Source: an uncultured Planctomycetaceae bacterium
GTDB taxonomy: Bacteria; Planctomycetota; Planctomycetia; Isosphaerales; Isosphaeraceae
Direction of reading: 5' to 3'
NCBI GenBank assembly: GCA_963833985.1
Contig: CAWIAD010000002.1
Coordinates: forward strand, 96,001 to 160,000
Length of the DNA: 64,000 nt
Within the stretch, counting starts at the first letter, position 1. Every line of letters begins with the position of its first letter. A program made the position numbers and the translations under genes. The notes under the pieces were generated by a model. The model was given only the letters and a program-made list of their open reading frames with translations. It was not told the DNA's origin and did not search any database. This document shows, one piece after another, positions 26,135-41,028 of this stretch.

Positions 26135-26216
26135 TGGGTGGAGCAGGATTCGAACCTGCGAAGGCAGTGCCACCAGATTTACAGTCTGGCCCCTTTGGCC
26201 GCTTGGGTATCCACCC
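26135..26216 (-). tRNA. tRNA-Tyr(GTA)
   Basis: GGGTGGATACCCAAGCGGCCAAAGGGGCCAGACTGTAAATCTGG...; long variable arm. Confidence 0.97.
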
Positions 26217-26302
26217 GCTCGGAGGCTCGCCGTCCCGGCGGTCGGCCTCGTCTGAGGCAGGGGCCGGATCGGGCGGCGATCGGCTCCTGACTCGCTGGAC
26301 AG

Positions 26303-26375
26303 AGCTGGCGGTGAGACTCGAACTCACAACCTACGGTTTACAAAACCGTTGCTCTGCCGGTTGAGCTACGCCAGC
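26303..26375 (-). tRNA. tRNA-Thr(TGT)
   Basis: GCTGGCGTAGCTCAACCGGCAGAGCAACGGTTTTGTAAACCGT... Confidence 0.97.
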
Positions 26376-26397
26376 AACCTGGGCCGTGAAATCACCT

Positions 26398-26425
26398 ACT
26401 ATATCGTCGGTTTGAGCGATTGCAA
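26398..26425 (-). promoter_or_regulatory. Putative sigma70 promoter of the tRNA-tuf operon
   Basis: TTGCAA-N16-TATAGT, 22 nt upstream of tRNA-Thr(TGT). Confidence 0.65.
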
Positions 26426-26684
26426 GAGATTTCATGGACCGACACGGCGGACGCCGATCGGGGCGATGACCTATGATATCGCGTCGGCCCCGTGGCCGGC
26501 AAGGGACCAGAGCACGAAAAACCAGTGGCATACCCGAGCCTCGCAGCGCCTGCGCAAGCAGCCCCCGGATTCTCACCAGATCGGACGACTGAACAGGGTC
26601 GGGGCCCCGGGGAGCCTGGGGCGCCCGGGGCCTCGAAAAGCGATCGCGGAGAGGCTGGAACGGGGCGAGCCCCGGTCCGACCGC

Positions 26685-28363
26685 TCAGAGCATGGGAAGC
26701 TCAAGCTTCTGCTCGCCGGCGATCTTGCGCAGCTTGTCGACTCCCCGCGATTCAATCTGGCGGACGCGCTCCTTGGTGATGCCCAGCTCGCGGCCGAGCT
26801 GCTCGAGCGTCCGTTCCGCGGCACCGCCCAGGCCGAACCGGCTGGTGATGATGAGCCGCTCGCGGTCGTCCAGGCGGTCGAGCATGCCCTTGATGGCTTC
26901 CTGCATCCGCTTCAGGGCACTCTCGTATTCATGCTCGTCGGTGCGGTTGTCGGCCGCGGCCTCGAACATCTCCTCGTGGCCGGTGACGAAGCGGTCGCGG
27001 CGATAGTTCTCCTCGGGGATGGTTCGCGCGAAGTTTTTCATGATCGCCCACGAGGCATACGTGCTGAACTTGTTGCCACGTGCGTAATCGAACTTCTCGA
27101 CCGCGCGGATCAGGCTCATGTTGCCGTCGGAGACCAGCTCGAAGAAGTTGTTCGAGGGTCCCACGTGCCGCTTGGCGATGGACACCACCAGCCGCAGGTT
27201 GGACCGGATCACCTGGTTCTTGACGCCCAGCGCGGCTTCCTGCAATTCCTCGATGCGGTCGAGGTCCGAGGTGCGGGCACGGGTCGGGTCAATCGTTTCG
27301 CGCAGCTTCTGGGCCTGGTACTTGAGGAAGTTCATCTGCCGGAACAGGTGGGCTTCCTGACCGCGATCAAGCAGTGGCACCTCGTAAAGGCTTGCCAGAT
27401 AGGGCGGCAGACCCTTGGGGGCGCGGGCCGGCGCGGGGCTTTGCCGTCCGCCGGCTGGGGCAAAGGCGCCATGATCTCGGCCTCCGCCGCGGGGTCCTCG
27501 AAGCTGGGGTTGGCGATGTACTCGAGCTTGGTCTCGAGGATGCGCCGGGCGCGGAATTCATTGATCAGGCGGTAGATGCTTGACCGGGTGCGGCCGAACT
27601 GCGTGGCCAGCACATCCACCGAGACGCCCATGCGGTGACGGCGGTAGATCTGGGTCTTGGCATCGTCGTCCAGGGGTGCCGTCGCGGGCGCGAAGATGGC
27701 CCGCTCCGGATGCTCCCGGTCATAGCTCTTCAGGGTCAATCGTATGGTTTCCGTAGAACGTGTCATCTTGCGTGCGATCCTCCGCGCGACCTCGACCAGA
27801 CCAACCTGGCCCGGGCGGAAAAGAGCCATCCGACGAGCGCGGCGAATGATTTCGTCCCGCTCCGCGTCGGTCAATTGCCGGAACCTGGATCCGCGTTCGA
27901 CCTGTGCCTGATGGGCCGTGACGAACCGCGCGAGGCTCGATTCCAGGAACCCCACCTTGGTACGGCCGTCCATCACGAACCGGCGTGCGACGAGTCCCTG
28001 GCGGCGCCAGCGGGTCACGGTCCGGGTGGAGACGTTGTACCGCCGGCCCACCTCGGCCACGGTGAGCACCGGCTCACTGGCCTGCTCTACGGCCTGCCGG
28101 ACCGTGTCCGAAAGGTCCTCCACGAACAGCCGCAGATCGTGCTGGACGTCACCGCCGTCGAGCACCAGCGCCGGCCATGCGTCGGGCCGGTAACCGGTGA
28201 TCCGGAAGCACAGGTAATCGTAAGGGTATTGCTTTCCCGGCTCGATCTCACCAAGCAGTTGCTCGGCGCGCTCCACCTGCTGGAGCCGGCGATCCTTGGG
28301 GGCGTACCGGGTCTGCTGGTCCTTGAGTTGTTTCATCCCGGGATGACGATACGTCTTCGACAT
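26685..28363 (-). CDS. Sigma-70 family factor with N-terminal HTH domains; apparent 1-bp frameshift near 27420
   Basis: NLRLVVSIAK, AVEKFDY.RGNKFSTYASWAI, TLEQLGRELGITKERVRQIE; one extra C restores RPRAPKGLPPYLASLYEVPLL. Confidence 0.85.
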
Positions 28364-29184
28364 CCTCAAACTCCCATCACATGGGCACCGGCCCCACCCT
28401 GCCATCGCCGCAATCACGACTGAGCTGGCAACCGCCCCGGCCTTCAATCATCCGGTCAGCGCTCCTGTCATTCGCCCGCAGACCCCGCGGACTCCAGGCT
28501 GGTATGACCGAACGTATTCGTTGGCCCAAATGATTTATTTCCTGACGATTCAGTCGAGAAAGTCCTCCGACCGGCGACGCCGTCTCCCGCTTCCTTGCCC
28601 GTGAATGTCCTGCACTCTCCGGCCGGCCCGACACTCCCCCACAATAGAGTACGACAGCGGGGAGGCCCTGGCTCACACGCGTTCCAGCGAACTGGACCAG
28701 TTCACCTTTCTTGAGACGCCGCCCGGGCCTCGAAGGTTCTCCTGAGACCGCAAGACACACCACAATCCCAGTGGTGTCCGAAATCGGACATTGCTTCGTT
28801 ATCGTTCCAGTATCCTCACTGTCTTGACGTCCTTTCTTCTCACTACCAAAAAGCATGCCAGCTGTTCAGCAATCCCGTCTCACCCGCACGGCAAGGCTCC
28901 CGAGCGACTCTTTTGTGGCCTCGATTCCATACCGGCCGTTGCTGCGTATCTCTCGGTTCAAACACCTGTTTCAAACAGACGTTTCAGATGCGGAAGTTGT
29001 TCGCGCTGGATTTTCATATTTTTTGGACGGGGCGATTTTTTCGAACGAGAGCGGATCGCCGCAGACGGCCACTCTGGCTGGATTCCAGGCAACAATGCCA
29101 AATTGACAGTTTCCCCGCTCTATGTTACTGCCGCCAGGAATGCCGAAGGTGCTGCGAAACCAAACATCGGCGCGAGGAGCGATC

Positions 29185-30645
29185 ATGGATTTGATCGTGG
29201 GTCGACGATTGCAAGCACTTATTGTATTTCTTGCGAGCCTTTCCTTCTACTGTCCCTCCACTGACGGGGCTGAGGCGGAAGAGCCAGTCACCCTGCGTGA
29301 GACGACGCCGACGGGAATGTGCACGCAGGTGCGCATCGAACTGAAGGCGGACGGGCTGTTTCAACCCAGCCTGGTACCCGGGTCATCAGCGGCCGACGCC
29401 GCGTTGCCCAGGCCTCTGGTGCTGGATGTCTCGACCAGGCTGGTCTTCGTTGAACGGCTGGTCAGCGTGCCGAGTGCCGCCGGATCCGCGGCAGGTACGC
29501 GGGTGAACCATTCCAGCTCCAGCGACCGCGGCGCCAAAGCGGCTGGTGTCAAGGCGGTACGCCATGTGATCCAGGCCGCTTCCGCAATCAACGGAGACGT
29601 GCGACCCACGGCCAGCGCCTTGAGGCCCGAACTCTCGTTGCTGGTGGCCGAGCGCGCGGAGACGGACGCGGGGGTGGTTGTGGTCAGCCCGGCTGGACCG
29701 ATGACCCGCTCTGAACTGGAACTGGTGGAGGGCCCCGGCGACCCCTTGCTGCTGGCCGAGTTCCTTCCCGACACGCCGGTGGCTCGGGGTGCAAGCTGGA
29801 AGCTGTCGCGGGCTGCCGCGCTGGCGCTTTCCGGCTATGATACCGTGAAATCAAGCACACTCGAAGCCACCCTGGAGCAGTTTGACGACGCGGAGGCGCG
29901 GGTCAGGGTCAAGGGCGAGGTGGAGGGTGCCGTGCTTGGCGGCGCCGGGACGATCTCGTGCGAGGGTTACCTGAGCTTCGATCGCAAGGCAGAGCTGGTG
30001 GACCGGCTCGAGGTCAACCGCGCCGAGAAGCGTCAGCCGGGGCCGGTGGAGGCCGGTCTCGACGTCAAGAGCACACTGCGTGTGATGAGGCGACGCGTCC
30101 GGCTGGTGCCGGAGCTGAACGATCCATCGCTGGCCCAGATTTCGCTGGAGACCGGGCCCGAGCGGCGCCTGCTCCAGCTTCTTGCGCCCGACGGAACTTA
30201 CAACCTGCTGCACGACCGCCACTGGCACACCTACTGGGATGATCGCAAGCTAGTGGTTATGAAGCGCCTGGAGCAGGGAAAGGTGATCGCGCAGTGCAAC
30301 CTGGCGGCCGGACCGAACGCTGGCGCGGGAAAGCATCAGGACCTGGCCCAGTTCCGTGACGACCTGAAGCGATCGCTGAGAGACCGATTCGTGCAGTTCC
30401 TGGGTGCCGGTGAAGTGGACGGCGACCCCGCCGGTGGCTTTCGCTACAAGGTCAGCGTACAGGGCCGGGAGGGCGAGGTCGGGGTGCTCTGGCATTACTA
30501 CCTGGTGGCCAGTCCGGGCGGTGACCAGTTGCTGGCCACGTTCACCCTCGCCGCGGAGGATGCCGCGGTCTTTGGTGGTCAGGATCTGGAGCTCATCGGC
30601 TCACTCCAGTGGAACCGTCCGGTGGCAGGCCGCGGCCAGCCGTGA
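29185..30645 (+). CDS. Exported hypothetical protein
   Basis: Signal-like N-terminus; GAGGAG RBS; LPDTPVARGASWKL motif shared with the next gene. Confidence 0.8.
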   Translation: MDLIVGRRLQALIVFLASLSFYCPSTDGAEAEEPVTLRETTPTGMCTQVRIELKADGLFQPSLVPGSSAADAALPRPLVLDVSTRLVFVERLVSVPSAAGSAAGTRVNHSSSSDRGAKAAGVKAVRHVIQAASAINGDVRPTASALRPELSLLVAERAETDAGVVVVSPAGPMTRSELELVEGPGDPLLLAEFLPDTPVARGASWKLSRAAALALSGYDTVKSSTLEATLEQFDDAEARVRVKGEVEGAVLGGAGTISCEGYLSFDRKAELVDRLEVNRAEKRQPGPVEAGLDVKSTLRVMRRRVRLVPELNDPSLAQISLETGPERRLLQLLAPDGTYNLLHDRHWHTYWDDRKLVVMKRLEQGKVIAQCNLAAGPNAGAGKHQDLAQFRDDLKRSLRDRFVQFLGAGEVDGDPAGGFRYKVSVQGREGEVGVLWHYYLVASPGGDQLLATFTLAAEDAAVFGGQDLELIGSLQWNRPVAGRGQP

Positions 30646-30851
30646 AGCCTTCCCGGTTTGTCGAAACCCGGGACGCACCGGCTTGCCCGACTGCTTCTCC
30701 GCGTACTGTCCCCGAAAAAAGTCAAGCCAGCGCCTTGCCGGATCGCATGGCCCGTCTGCTATGGTGAATACAGAGAGAGCCGGACGGGTGTGTCCGCTTG
30801 CCGCCACCAGGTTTCCCAGCGTCCAGTCGCCCGCACTGGAGACAGCCAGCC

Positions 30852-32595
30852 ATGATGACCAGCGATAAGTTCCGGCTCAATGCTGCCGGTGGTCGCGATC
30901 GATGGGCCCGGGATCCGGACCTGGATTGCTTCGCCCGGTTCCCGATCGGTTCACGGCACAGGCTGGCGCCCGCCCTGGCCGGCGTACTGGGCGTTCTGGC
31001 CGTGATGTCGTGGCAGGGCTTCAGCCCGCCGCTGGCGCGGGCTCAGCAGCCCGAACCTGGCCGCCCCGATCCGGCCGCGTCGAAGCTGGACGTGAGCCGG
31101 CATTACCGCTTCATCGAACGCTACAGTTCCACCGAAGACCCGACCCGCACGGATTTGCTCGTCCAGTACCAGGTCGGCTTCAAAGAGAAGATCCTTGTCA
31201 CTCAGGAGAAGGCACAGGGGGCCCCTGGTCAGGACCAGGTGGTCTCGCAGTGCATTTACACCGAGCGCGTGACCAAACCCGACAAGGGCCCGACCTCGGT
31301 GGTCAACGAGGTCGTGAGGCGTTACGACAAGGTCAGCTCCCGGACGTCGCTCCAGATACCCAACTTCCAGACCAAACCGCTGGAGGGACTGAAGCTCATC
31401 TACCGGCATCCGCCCCGCGGGCTGCCTCTGGTAATGTGCTTGAACTCGGGCCGGCAGCTGCGCGAGCAAGAGTATCTGGGCGTGGTGCAGGAGCCGTTCC
31501 TGCCGGCACTGGCGACGATCCTGCCGCACAAGCCCACGCGGGTGGGCGACTCGTGGCCAGTGCCGCGCGAGGCAGCCGCCACGATGCTGGGCGAGATGCC
31601 GGCGAATGAGGGCTACGACCTGACCGCGGAGCTCGAGGAGGTCCGTGCCAGCAGCACGGCTCCGTTCCTGACCGCGGTCATGGCCGTCAAGGGCCAGGCC
31701 ACGGTCACTCAGGGTCCCGCCGGCATCAATGCCCGGCTGTACTTCACCTTTGCCCCACCCCCGGAGCCGGCAGCCACGAGACCACCGGCGGAGCCCGGCA
31801 TCGCGGACGCCAGGGCCAAGGAGAAGGCCGCTGGCCCCCGCGGCGCGAGCGATTCCGCAGTCGAGGCGAAGGGGTTTCTCAGCAAGCTCTCCCTCGCTGA
31901 AGAGATCGTTCCGCCCCTGCCCGACGACAGCGATAACCGGCTGCGGCGGACGATTCGCCGCGAGCTGCTGCTGGAACGGCATACCGGCGACCAGCTCGGC
32001 GAACTGCTCGAGGCGCCCGAGGCCGGACCGGCCAGCGTCGAGAACTCCTGGGTGGTCTTCGATGATACCCGGGGCCGCTTCCACTTCCTGCACCCCCAGG
32101 AGCTGCGCCTATCCCTATCCCGATGGCGGCATCGACCTGCTGGACCGGCGGCCCGCCGGCCAGGACATCGTCAAGCTTGCCCTCAGTCGCAAATCGCAGG
32201 ATCCCCAGAAAGATCGTCTCGCGGCCGATCCGATCGAGTTGAAACGACAGCTTGAAGACCAGTGGAAGCAGCAGGGCGAGAAGGTTGTGCCCGGGCCGTC
32301 GGGATGGCTGCCCGCCACCGAATGGTCGCCCCAGAAATGGAAGGTCTACCGGATCGAGGCCGCACTCATCCCCAACAGCGAACGACCCGTCCCGAACGGC
32401 CGAATCTACCTCGACCAGTACGTGGTGCAGTTCACACGCAATGAGGTACTCATGGTGCAGGCCATGACCACGCGCGACCCGCACATCCAGTTCCGCACGG
32501 TCGTCGAGGCCATCATCAAGTCGTTCGAGTTTGGACCGTCCGAAGGCACGCTCCCCGCGACTCCCAAACCCGCCACCGCGACATCGCCGCGCTGA
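30852..32595 (+). CDS. Exported hypothetical protein, distant paralog of the previous gene; apparent frameshift near 32110
   Basis: ORFs 30798-32255 and 31729-32595 join at ...LHPQELR / YPYPDGGIDLL; LPHKPTRVGDSWPV motif. Confidence 0.7.
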
Positions 32596-32645
32596 GCAAC
32601 CATCGGATCGGTCATCCGGTTCCGCTTCCGGTACCTGAACACCTG

Positions 32646-34624
32646 ATGACCCGATCGCGGAAGACATCTCCGGGCCGGCCTGGTAGAATCCGCCGCGTGA
32701 GTGAGTCAGTGCCGAGCGCAGGAAGCGCGTCGAGCGCGAGGAGTGCAGGGATGGACTCGATGTGGAACTTCGGGCGTTGTGTTGCGGTTGTGGCGCGGAG
32801 CGACTCGGCACGATGGCTGCCGGCACCGCTGTTGCTTCTGCTGGCGATGCTGGGATCGCTGGCTGGCAATGCGGGTGGTGCGGCGCGGGCGCAGACCCTC
32901 GAACCCCCTGCCGGACAGAGCCCGGCAACAGGCTCACCCGCCAGCGCTGAGCCGGGGGTGGAGGTCTTGACCCGTGGGCCGGTGCACGAGGCCTTTGCCG
33001 CACCGGTGGCTCACGATCCGAGGCCCGGCCTGGTGGTCGCCAAGGAACCGCCGGCCGCGATCGAGGAATTGCCCCCTGCGCAGCAGCCGGCCGGCCAGAA
33101 TGTGCAGTGGATTCCGGGCTACTGGAGCTGGGACCCCGCGCGGAGCGATTACCTCTGGGTCAGTGGTGTCTGGCGCGAGCCGCCGCCCGGGCGCCAGTGG
33201 GTGCCCGGCTACTGGCACCAGGTTGAGCGCGGCTTCCAGTGGGTTCCCGGAGCCTGGGTCCCGGTGAACCAGCCGTCGGGCGCGGCCGCGCGCAGGGCTC
33301 GTCGTCGGCTCAGTCGTCCTATCTGCCACCTCCGCCCGCCAGCCTGGAAACCGGGCCGAACGGGCCTGCACCCGGGCCGAACGTCTTCTGGTCGCCGGGA
33401 AGCTGGTACTGGCAGGAGAACCGCTACGTCTGGCGGCCGGGCTTCTGGGCGGCCGTGCAGCCGGAATGGGTCTGGATTCCTCCGCACTACGCCTGGACAC
33501 CGGGCGGCTGCCTGTTCGTGGAAGGCTACTGGGACATGCCACTGGGCAGCCGCGGGCTCATGTTCGCACCCGTTTACTATCCCCGGCCGATCTACCTTCA
33601 GCCGGCCTACTCCTTCACCCCGTCGATCGTCATCGCCGCGCCCGGCTTGACGGCCAGCCTGTTCGTCCAACCTGTCTATTCCCATTACTACTTTGGAGAT
33701 TACTACGACCGCGGGTTCGTCAGCGTGGGCATCGTGCCCTGGTTCTCGTTCACTTTCGTTTCCGGAGGCGGACCGCCCATTTACCGGGATCCGCTCTTCT
33801 CGTTCTACGCGAGCGTGAACGTGGTGCGTGATCCCGGCTGGGTAACCCGCGTGCGGCAGGAGTACGTCGCCCGCCGCGAGAACATCGCCTTGCGGCCCCC
33901 ACGCACCTATGTGGAGCAGATGCGGCGCATCGAGCGGAACGCCAACCTGGCGGCCGGCGTGCGCGGTCGGGAGCTCGTCATGGCCCGCCCCTTGAGCCAG
34001 CTCCCTGGAGTGGCCGGACGGGCCGGTGGCATGAGGCTCGAAAGCGTCAGCCCCGAGGCGCGAAGGCAATGGCAGGAGCGGAGCCTCGCCTTGCGGCAGT
34101 ACCGCAACGAGCGGTCGATCCAGGAGCGGCGGGCCGAGAGCCAGCACCTTGCGGAGCTGGGACCAGGCCGTGCCGCGAGCCATGCCTCCGCCAGGCCCCG
34201 ACCGCTGGCGCTTCCCACCTCGCCCGTGGCCGCGCCAATCCATCATCATGCCGCCACGGGCGCGGCGGTCGGACCGGTGGGGCATGCCGACCAGCAGCTT
34301 GCGGCCTCAACTTTCGGAGAGCACCGCGGCCCGAGCTACGAGCACTCCGGCAGCCAAGCCCCGCGGGTGGAACAGTCCGCGGCCCAGCGCGCGCCGCTCA
34401 TCGAGCATCGTTCCTCGGGCGCGGCCGCCGGGCTCGAGCATCTCGACGGGCCTGGCCGCCCGGCTCCTCATGACGTGACGGCCGCCGGGACCGAGCCCGC
34501 CGCGGGCCGGCCAGGCGCGAATCCATCGGCGGGAAGGCTTCCGCTGCATGCACCTGCCCAGTCCACTCACCGCCAGCCGCCTCCCGCGCCTCGGCCCGCT
34601 GCCCGGCGCGGGCGCCAGGAATGA
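32646..34624 (+). CDS. YXWGXW/WXXGXW-repeat exported protein; apparent frameshift near 33290; start uncertain
   Basis: RGPVHEAFA, WIPGYW, WVSGVW, WVPGYW, WSPGSW, WRPGFW, FVEGYW repeats; low-complexity tail. Confidence 0.8.
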
Positions 34625-34791
34625 AGCCACAGCCCATGAACGAAAGCCGGGCGGGGAAATGTTTCGGAAGGGACCGGGTAGTGGGGGAAGTACCGACGGC
34701 TGGGCGGGCGCTCGCTGCACGACTACCATGTAAAGACTGTGCATGAGAATGCACGGACCATCCGACGGCCCGACTCTCTGGAGCCTTTCTC

Positions 34792-36156
34792 ATGCCCGCA
34801 AGCCTGGCTGAATCCACCACCGGCACGATCGGCGATCCGGGGCTTGACATCAGCAACCTCCGCCTCGACCGCGCGGCCTTGTGGACCTGCTACGAGCAGG
34901 TCCGGCACACCACCGAAGCGCTCTGCGCTCCGCTGGAGATCGAGGATTACGTCGTCCAGTCCATGCCCGACGCGAGCCCGGCCAGGTGGCACCTGGCGCA
35001 CACTTCCTGGTTCTTCGAGACCTTTGTCCTCGCTCCGGCAGCCCAGGGCGGCTACGATCCCGTCGATTCTTCGTACTCTTATCTCTTCAACTCATACTAC
35101 AATGCCGTGGGAGAACGGATCGCACGGGACCGCCGGGGCCTGCTCTCGCGGCCGACTGTCGCCGAGGTTCTGGGGTATCGCAGGGCCGTAGACCGGCAGG
35201 TCCAGATCTTTCTCGAGCGAACCGGCGACGCGGCGCTGGAGCGGCACCGAGGCACCGTAATTCTCGGGCTGCATCACGAGCAGCAGCATCAGGAACTGAT
35301 CCTCACCGACATCAAGCACGCCCTGGCCGGGAACCCCCTGCGGCCGGCTTATCGTGAGCCCGTCTCCCGGGCCACTACGCCTGGCGGGCGACCGGCGCTG
35401 GGATGGGTTTCGTACGAGGGCGGGATGCGAGCGATCGGCCACGCTTCCGCGGGTTTTGCGTTCGACAACGAAGGGCCGCGGCATGAGCAGTACATCGCCG
35501 CGTTCGCGCTTGCCGACCGGCTGGTGACCAGCGGCGAGTTCGAGGAGTTCATTGCCGATGGCGGCTACGACCGTCCTGAACTCTGGCTCTCCGACGGCTG
35601 GTACGCCAGGATCCAGGGGGGCTGGACCAGCCCTCTCTACTGGGAGCGTACACCGAGGGGCGGGGAGACGTTCACGTACGAAGGCATGAGTCCGCTGGAT
35701 CCCGACGAGCCGGTTTGCCACGTCAGCTTCTACGAGGCCGATGCCTACGCGCGCTGGGCCGGCGCGCGGCTGCCGACCGAGGTCGAATGGGAGACCGCAG
35801 CCGTCGCCGCAAGCATGGGAGCGGTGGCCGCGCCTGACGGCAACTTTCTCGAATCGGGGCGGTTTCATCCGCGCCGGCTGGAGCACGGACGGGCCACCGC
35901 GGGCGCCGCGGCGCCCGCACAACTCTTCGGCGACGTCTGGGAATGGACGCAAAGCCCGTACACCCCCTATCGCGGATTCCGGCCGGCCGCCGGTGCGCTC
36001 GGCGAATACAACGGCAAGTTCATGTGCAACCAGCTCGTGCTGCGCGGGGGATCGTGCGCCACGCCGCGATCGCACATCCGGCCCACTTACCGCAACTTCT
36101 TCCCACCGCACGCGCGCTGGCAGTTCTCAGGCATCCGCCTGGCGATGGATGTATGA
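34792..36156 (+). CDS. egtB: Ergothioneine biosynthesis sulfoxide synthase EgtB
   Basis: QSMPDASPARWHLAHTSWFFETF, HHEQQHQE, FDNEGP, RLPTE.EWE, EYNGKFM, YRNFF...RWQFSG. Confidence 0.92.
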   Translation: MPASLAESTTGTIGDPGLDISNLRLDRAALWTCYEQVRHTTEALCAPLEIEDYVVQSMPDASPARWHLAHTSWFFETFVLAPAAQGGYDPVDSSYSYLFNSYYNAVGERIARDRRGLLSRPTVAEVLGYRRAVDRQVQIFLERTGDAALERHRGTVILGLHHEQQHQELILTDIKHALAGNPLRPAYREPVSRATTPGGRPALGWVSYEGGMRAIGHASAGFAFDNEGPRHEQYIAAFALADRLVTSGEFEEFIADGGYDRPELWLSDGWYARIQGGWTSPLYWERTPRGGETFTYEGMSPLDPDEPVCHVSFYEADAYARWAGARLPTEVEWETAAVAASMGAVAAPDGNFLESGRFHPRRLEHGRATAGAAAPAQLFGDVWEWTQSPYTPYRGFRPAAGALGEYNGKFMCNQLVLRGGSCATPRSHIRPTYRNFFPPHARWQFSGIRLAMDV

Positions 36157-36210
36157 AGTGATATCTTATGCTGATGAACAGAACAGGCATGAGAAAGAGG
36201 TGAACAGTCC

Positions 36211-38702
<2,492 letters not shown>

Positions 38703-38718
<16 letters not shown>

Positions 38719-39318
38719 CCGGCCTCCTTGGACCACAGGGCCCGGATCAATTGCAGCTTCCGGTCCACCGTCCGCGCCGAGATCTCCAGGGAACGCGCAA
38801 TCTCTTCCGACCCCATGCCATGGAGTTTCTGCACCGCGATCACGCGCAGGGTCTCGTCGTCCAGCCGGGCGAACAGGGAATCGAGCTGGTCGGCAAACTC
38901 CGCGGCATCATCCGGAGTGGGCTCGCGGCTCAGGAACCGGGCCAGGCTGGCAGCTCCCATCTCCTCGTCATGACCCAGTGCCGATTCGCCCAGCACGTGC
39001 CCGCCTCCCCGCTTCTTGCGGGTCTGGTGGCGCACCACGCCCACCGCCTTGCGGACCGTGATCGCGAACAGGACCCGCCACAGGTCGTCGCGATTGTTCA
39101 GCTCCGCGAACTGGCCATTCCGGGCGCGATCGCAGAAGCTGTGGAAAGCACTCAAGGCCACGTCTTCCTCGTCGATGGCCCGCCGCGCATGTCCGGGCAG
39201 CCGCGCTGGCCAGCCGCACCAGCCGCTGGAAATAGCGGTCCCAGAGGCGCTGGATCGGATCGTCCTCGCCTGCCTTCAGCCCGTCCAGCCAGTAGGTCAC
39301 CGAATCCGAGTGCGACAT
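38703..39318 (-). CDS. ECF-type sigma factor (planctomycete kinase-associated type); apparent frameshift near 39200
   Basis: SVTYWLDGLKAG...LWDRYFQRLVRLA, DEEDVALSAF, RDDLWR.L, EEIARSLEISARTVDRKL. Confidence 0.85.
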
Positions 39319-39525
39319 GGAGAAACCCCGGTGCGATCCAGGCAAGCTATGACGTCCACGCATTCTATCCGTTCTCAACGGCGGCCGCGTGCCCTGGCCG
39401 CCTCCTATTCTGGTATCGCCAGACGAAAAAAAAATCGCCAGAGTTGGAGCTCGTCTGGCGATTGAATGGATAGAACAAGCATTCGAGTACCTCGCTATCC
39501 TGCGATCCTTCGGAGCCATGCACTC

Positions 39526-40548
39526 ATGACGCCGCGATGTCGCGGATTCACCCTGATCGAGCTTCTGGTCGTGATCGCGATCATCGCGATCCTGATCAGC
39601 CTGCTCTTGCCGGCCGTCCAGTCCGCGCGGGAGGCGGCGCGGCGTGCCCAGTGCACCAACCAGCTCAAGCAGATCGGCCTGGCGATTCATCAGTACATGA
39701 CCGACAACGACGTCCTGCCGCCGACCGGCGGGATCGACCTTCAAGGCGTGACCATCGGCACCGGCAGGGTCCCGCAGAATTCTTCGATCCACCTGCGGCT
39801 GACCAATTACCTCGAGCATCGCGATGTTTACGACGCCTACAACTTCCAGCTTGGCGACGTGGTTAGCGGCAGCGCCGTGGCGGCGAATACCACGGTGATG
39901 AGCACCTCCATCAACGGCTATTTCTGCCCATCCGACGGCAACCCCGGCAGCCAGGAGAATCTCGATATCGGCTACAGTGTACCGGTGACCTGCGTGAACT
40001 ACGCACTGAACGCGGGAACCAACCGGCAGTACAACGGCGGGGTGGTCAACGGCATGTCGTGGTGGCTGGGGGGCAATCCGCTCTTCGGCTCGCGGGTCGG
40101 CTTCACCGCGATCCGCGACGGCACCAGCAACACCGCGGCCATGAGCGAGTGGATCAAGGGAAAAACAGGCGCGAACACGCCGGGCCTGAACCTGGTCTAC
40201 CAGGTCAACCAGCTCTCGTTCGGCGGCCCGCAGCAGGACGTCACCGCGTGCCAGTCCGCCAGCACGCCCCTGTGGGACTTCAAGGGCGAGTACTGGACCC
40301 TCCAGGACACCGGCCGGGGCGGTCCTTACTATCACATCATGCCGCCCAACAAACCGTCGTGTAACACGACCTCGAACTACGGGGTCCTTGATTCGTTCAT
40401 CGGTGCCAGCTCGTTCCATCCCGGCGGCGTGAATGTTCTGCTCATGGACGGTTCCGTGCGGTTCGTCAAGGACAGCATCAGCCTGTCCATCTGGAACGCA
40501 CTGGGCACGCGCGCCGGCGGCGAGGTCGTGAGCGCGGATGCGTTCTGA
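39526..40548 (+). CDS. DUF1559 protein with prepilin-type N-terminal methylation motif
   Basis: [15 protein letters not shown]...[23 protein letters not shown]-terminal [18 protein letters not shown] (H-X9-DG). Confidence 0.95.
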   Translation: MTPRCRGFTLIELLVVIAIIAILISLLLPAVQSAREAARRAQCTNQLKQIGLAIHQYMTDNDVLPPTGGIDLQGVTIGTGRVPQNSSIHLRLTNYLEHRDVYDAYNFQLGDVVSGSAVAANTTVMSTSINGYFCPSDGNPGSQENLDIGYSVPVTCVNYALNAGTNRQYNGGVVNGMSWWLGGNPLFGSRVGFTAIRDGTSNTAAMSEWIKGKTGANTPGLNLVYQVNQLSFGGPQQDVTACQSASTPLWDFKGEYWTLQDTGRGGPYYHIMPPNKPSCNTTSNYGVLDSFIGASSFHPGGVNVLLMDGSVRFVKDSISLSIWNALGTRAGGEVVSADAF

Positions 40549-41028
40549 TCGTTGCCACCGTCACCAGGGACCGCTGCGTTTTCAGATGGTCCACGGCAGG
40601 CGCGGGTGCCTGGGCGCTGTCATTTTCCTGTGTTTTTATCTTGTCGTCCCTCCTGCCGCCGAACGCTCAAGACGCTCATGTCGCTCTTGAGTTGCACCCG
40701 GAGACGCGTCAGGCCATCGCAGCATCGGGCGCACTGTCGGTCAGCGAGGAAGGGCGCCGGGACACGGTCGAGCCGTTCGCGAGAGTAGCCGCCTCCGAGA
40801 CCATAGCCCCAGCATCTCAGAACCAGGCTCAATGCACCCGGCCAAAGATCGGCAGCCGTAGCGCTCCCTATGAATCACTGCACGACGGCCGGGCGGATCG
40901 CGTCGCTCATGCCCGAGATGGCTCCACGCGATCCAGACAAAGCAAGCAGTGCGCGGACCGTCCCTCATGGATGAACTGTTCACCCATCGTACCGTGTGAC
41001 GCGGGTCGCGATCCGCTGAAGCTCCGAG

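Noticed and set aside
28364..29184. RNase P RNA or other ncRNA (gagaaagtcc near 28556)
   Set aside because: Only a partial match to GAGGAAAGTCC and no 3' conserved motif; a Rfam search would be needed
34792..36156. Complete ergothioneine gene cluster
   Set aside because: Only egtB is present; no egtD or lyase is adjacent
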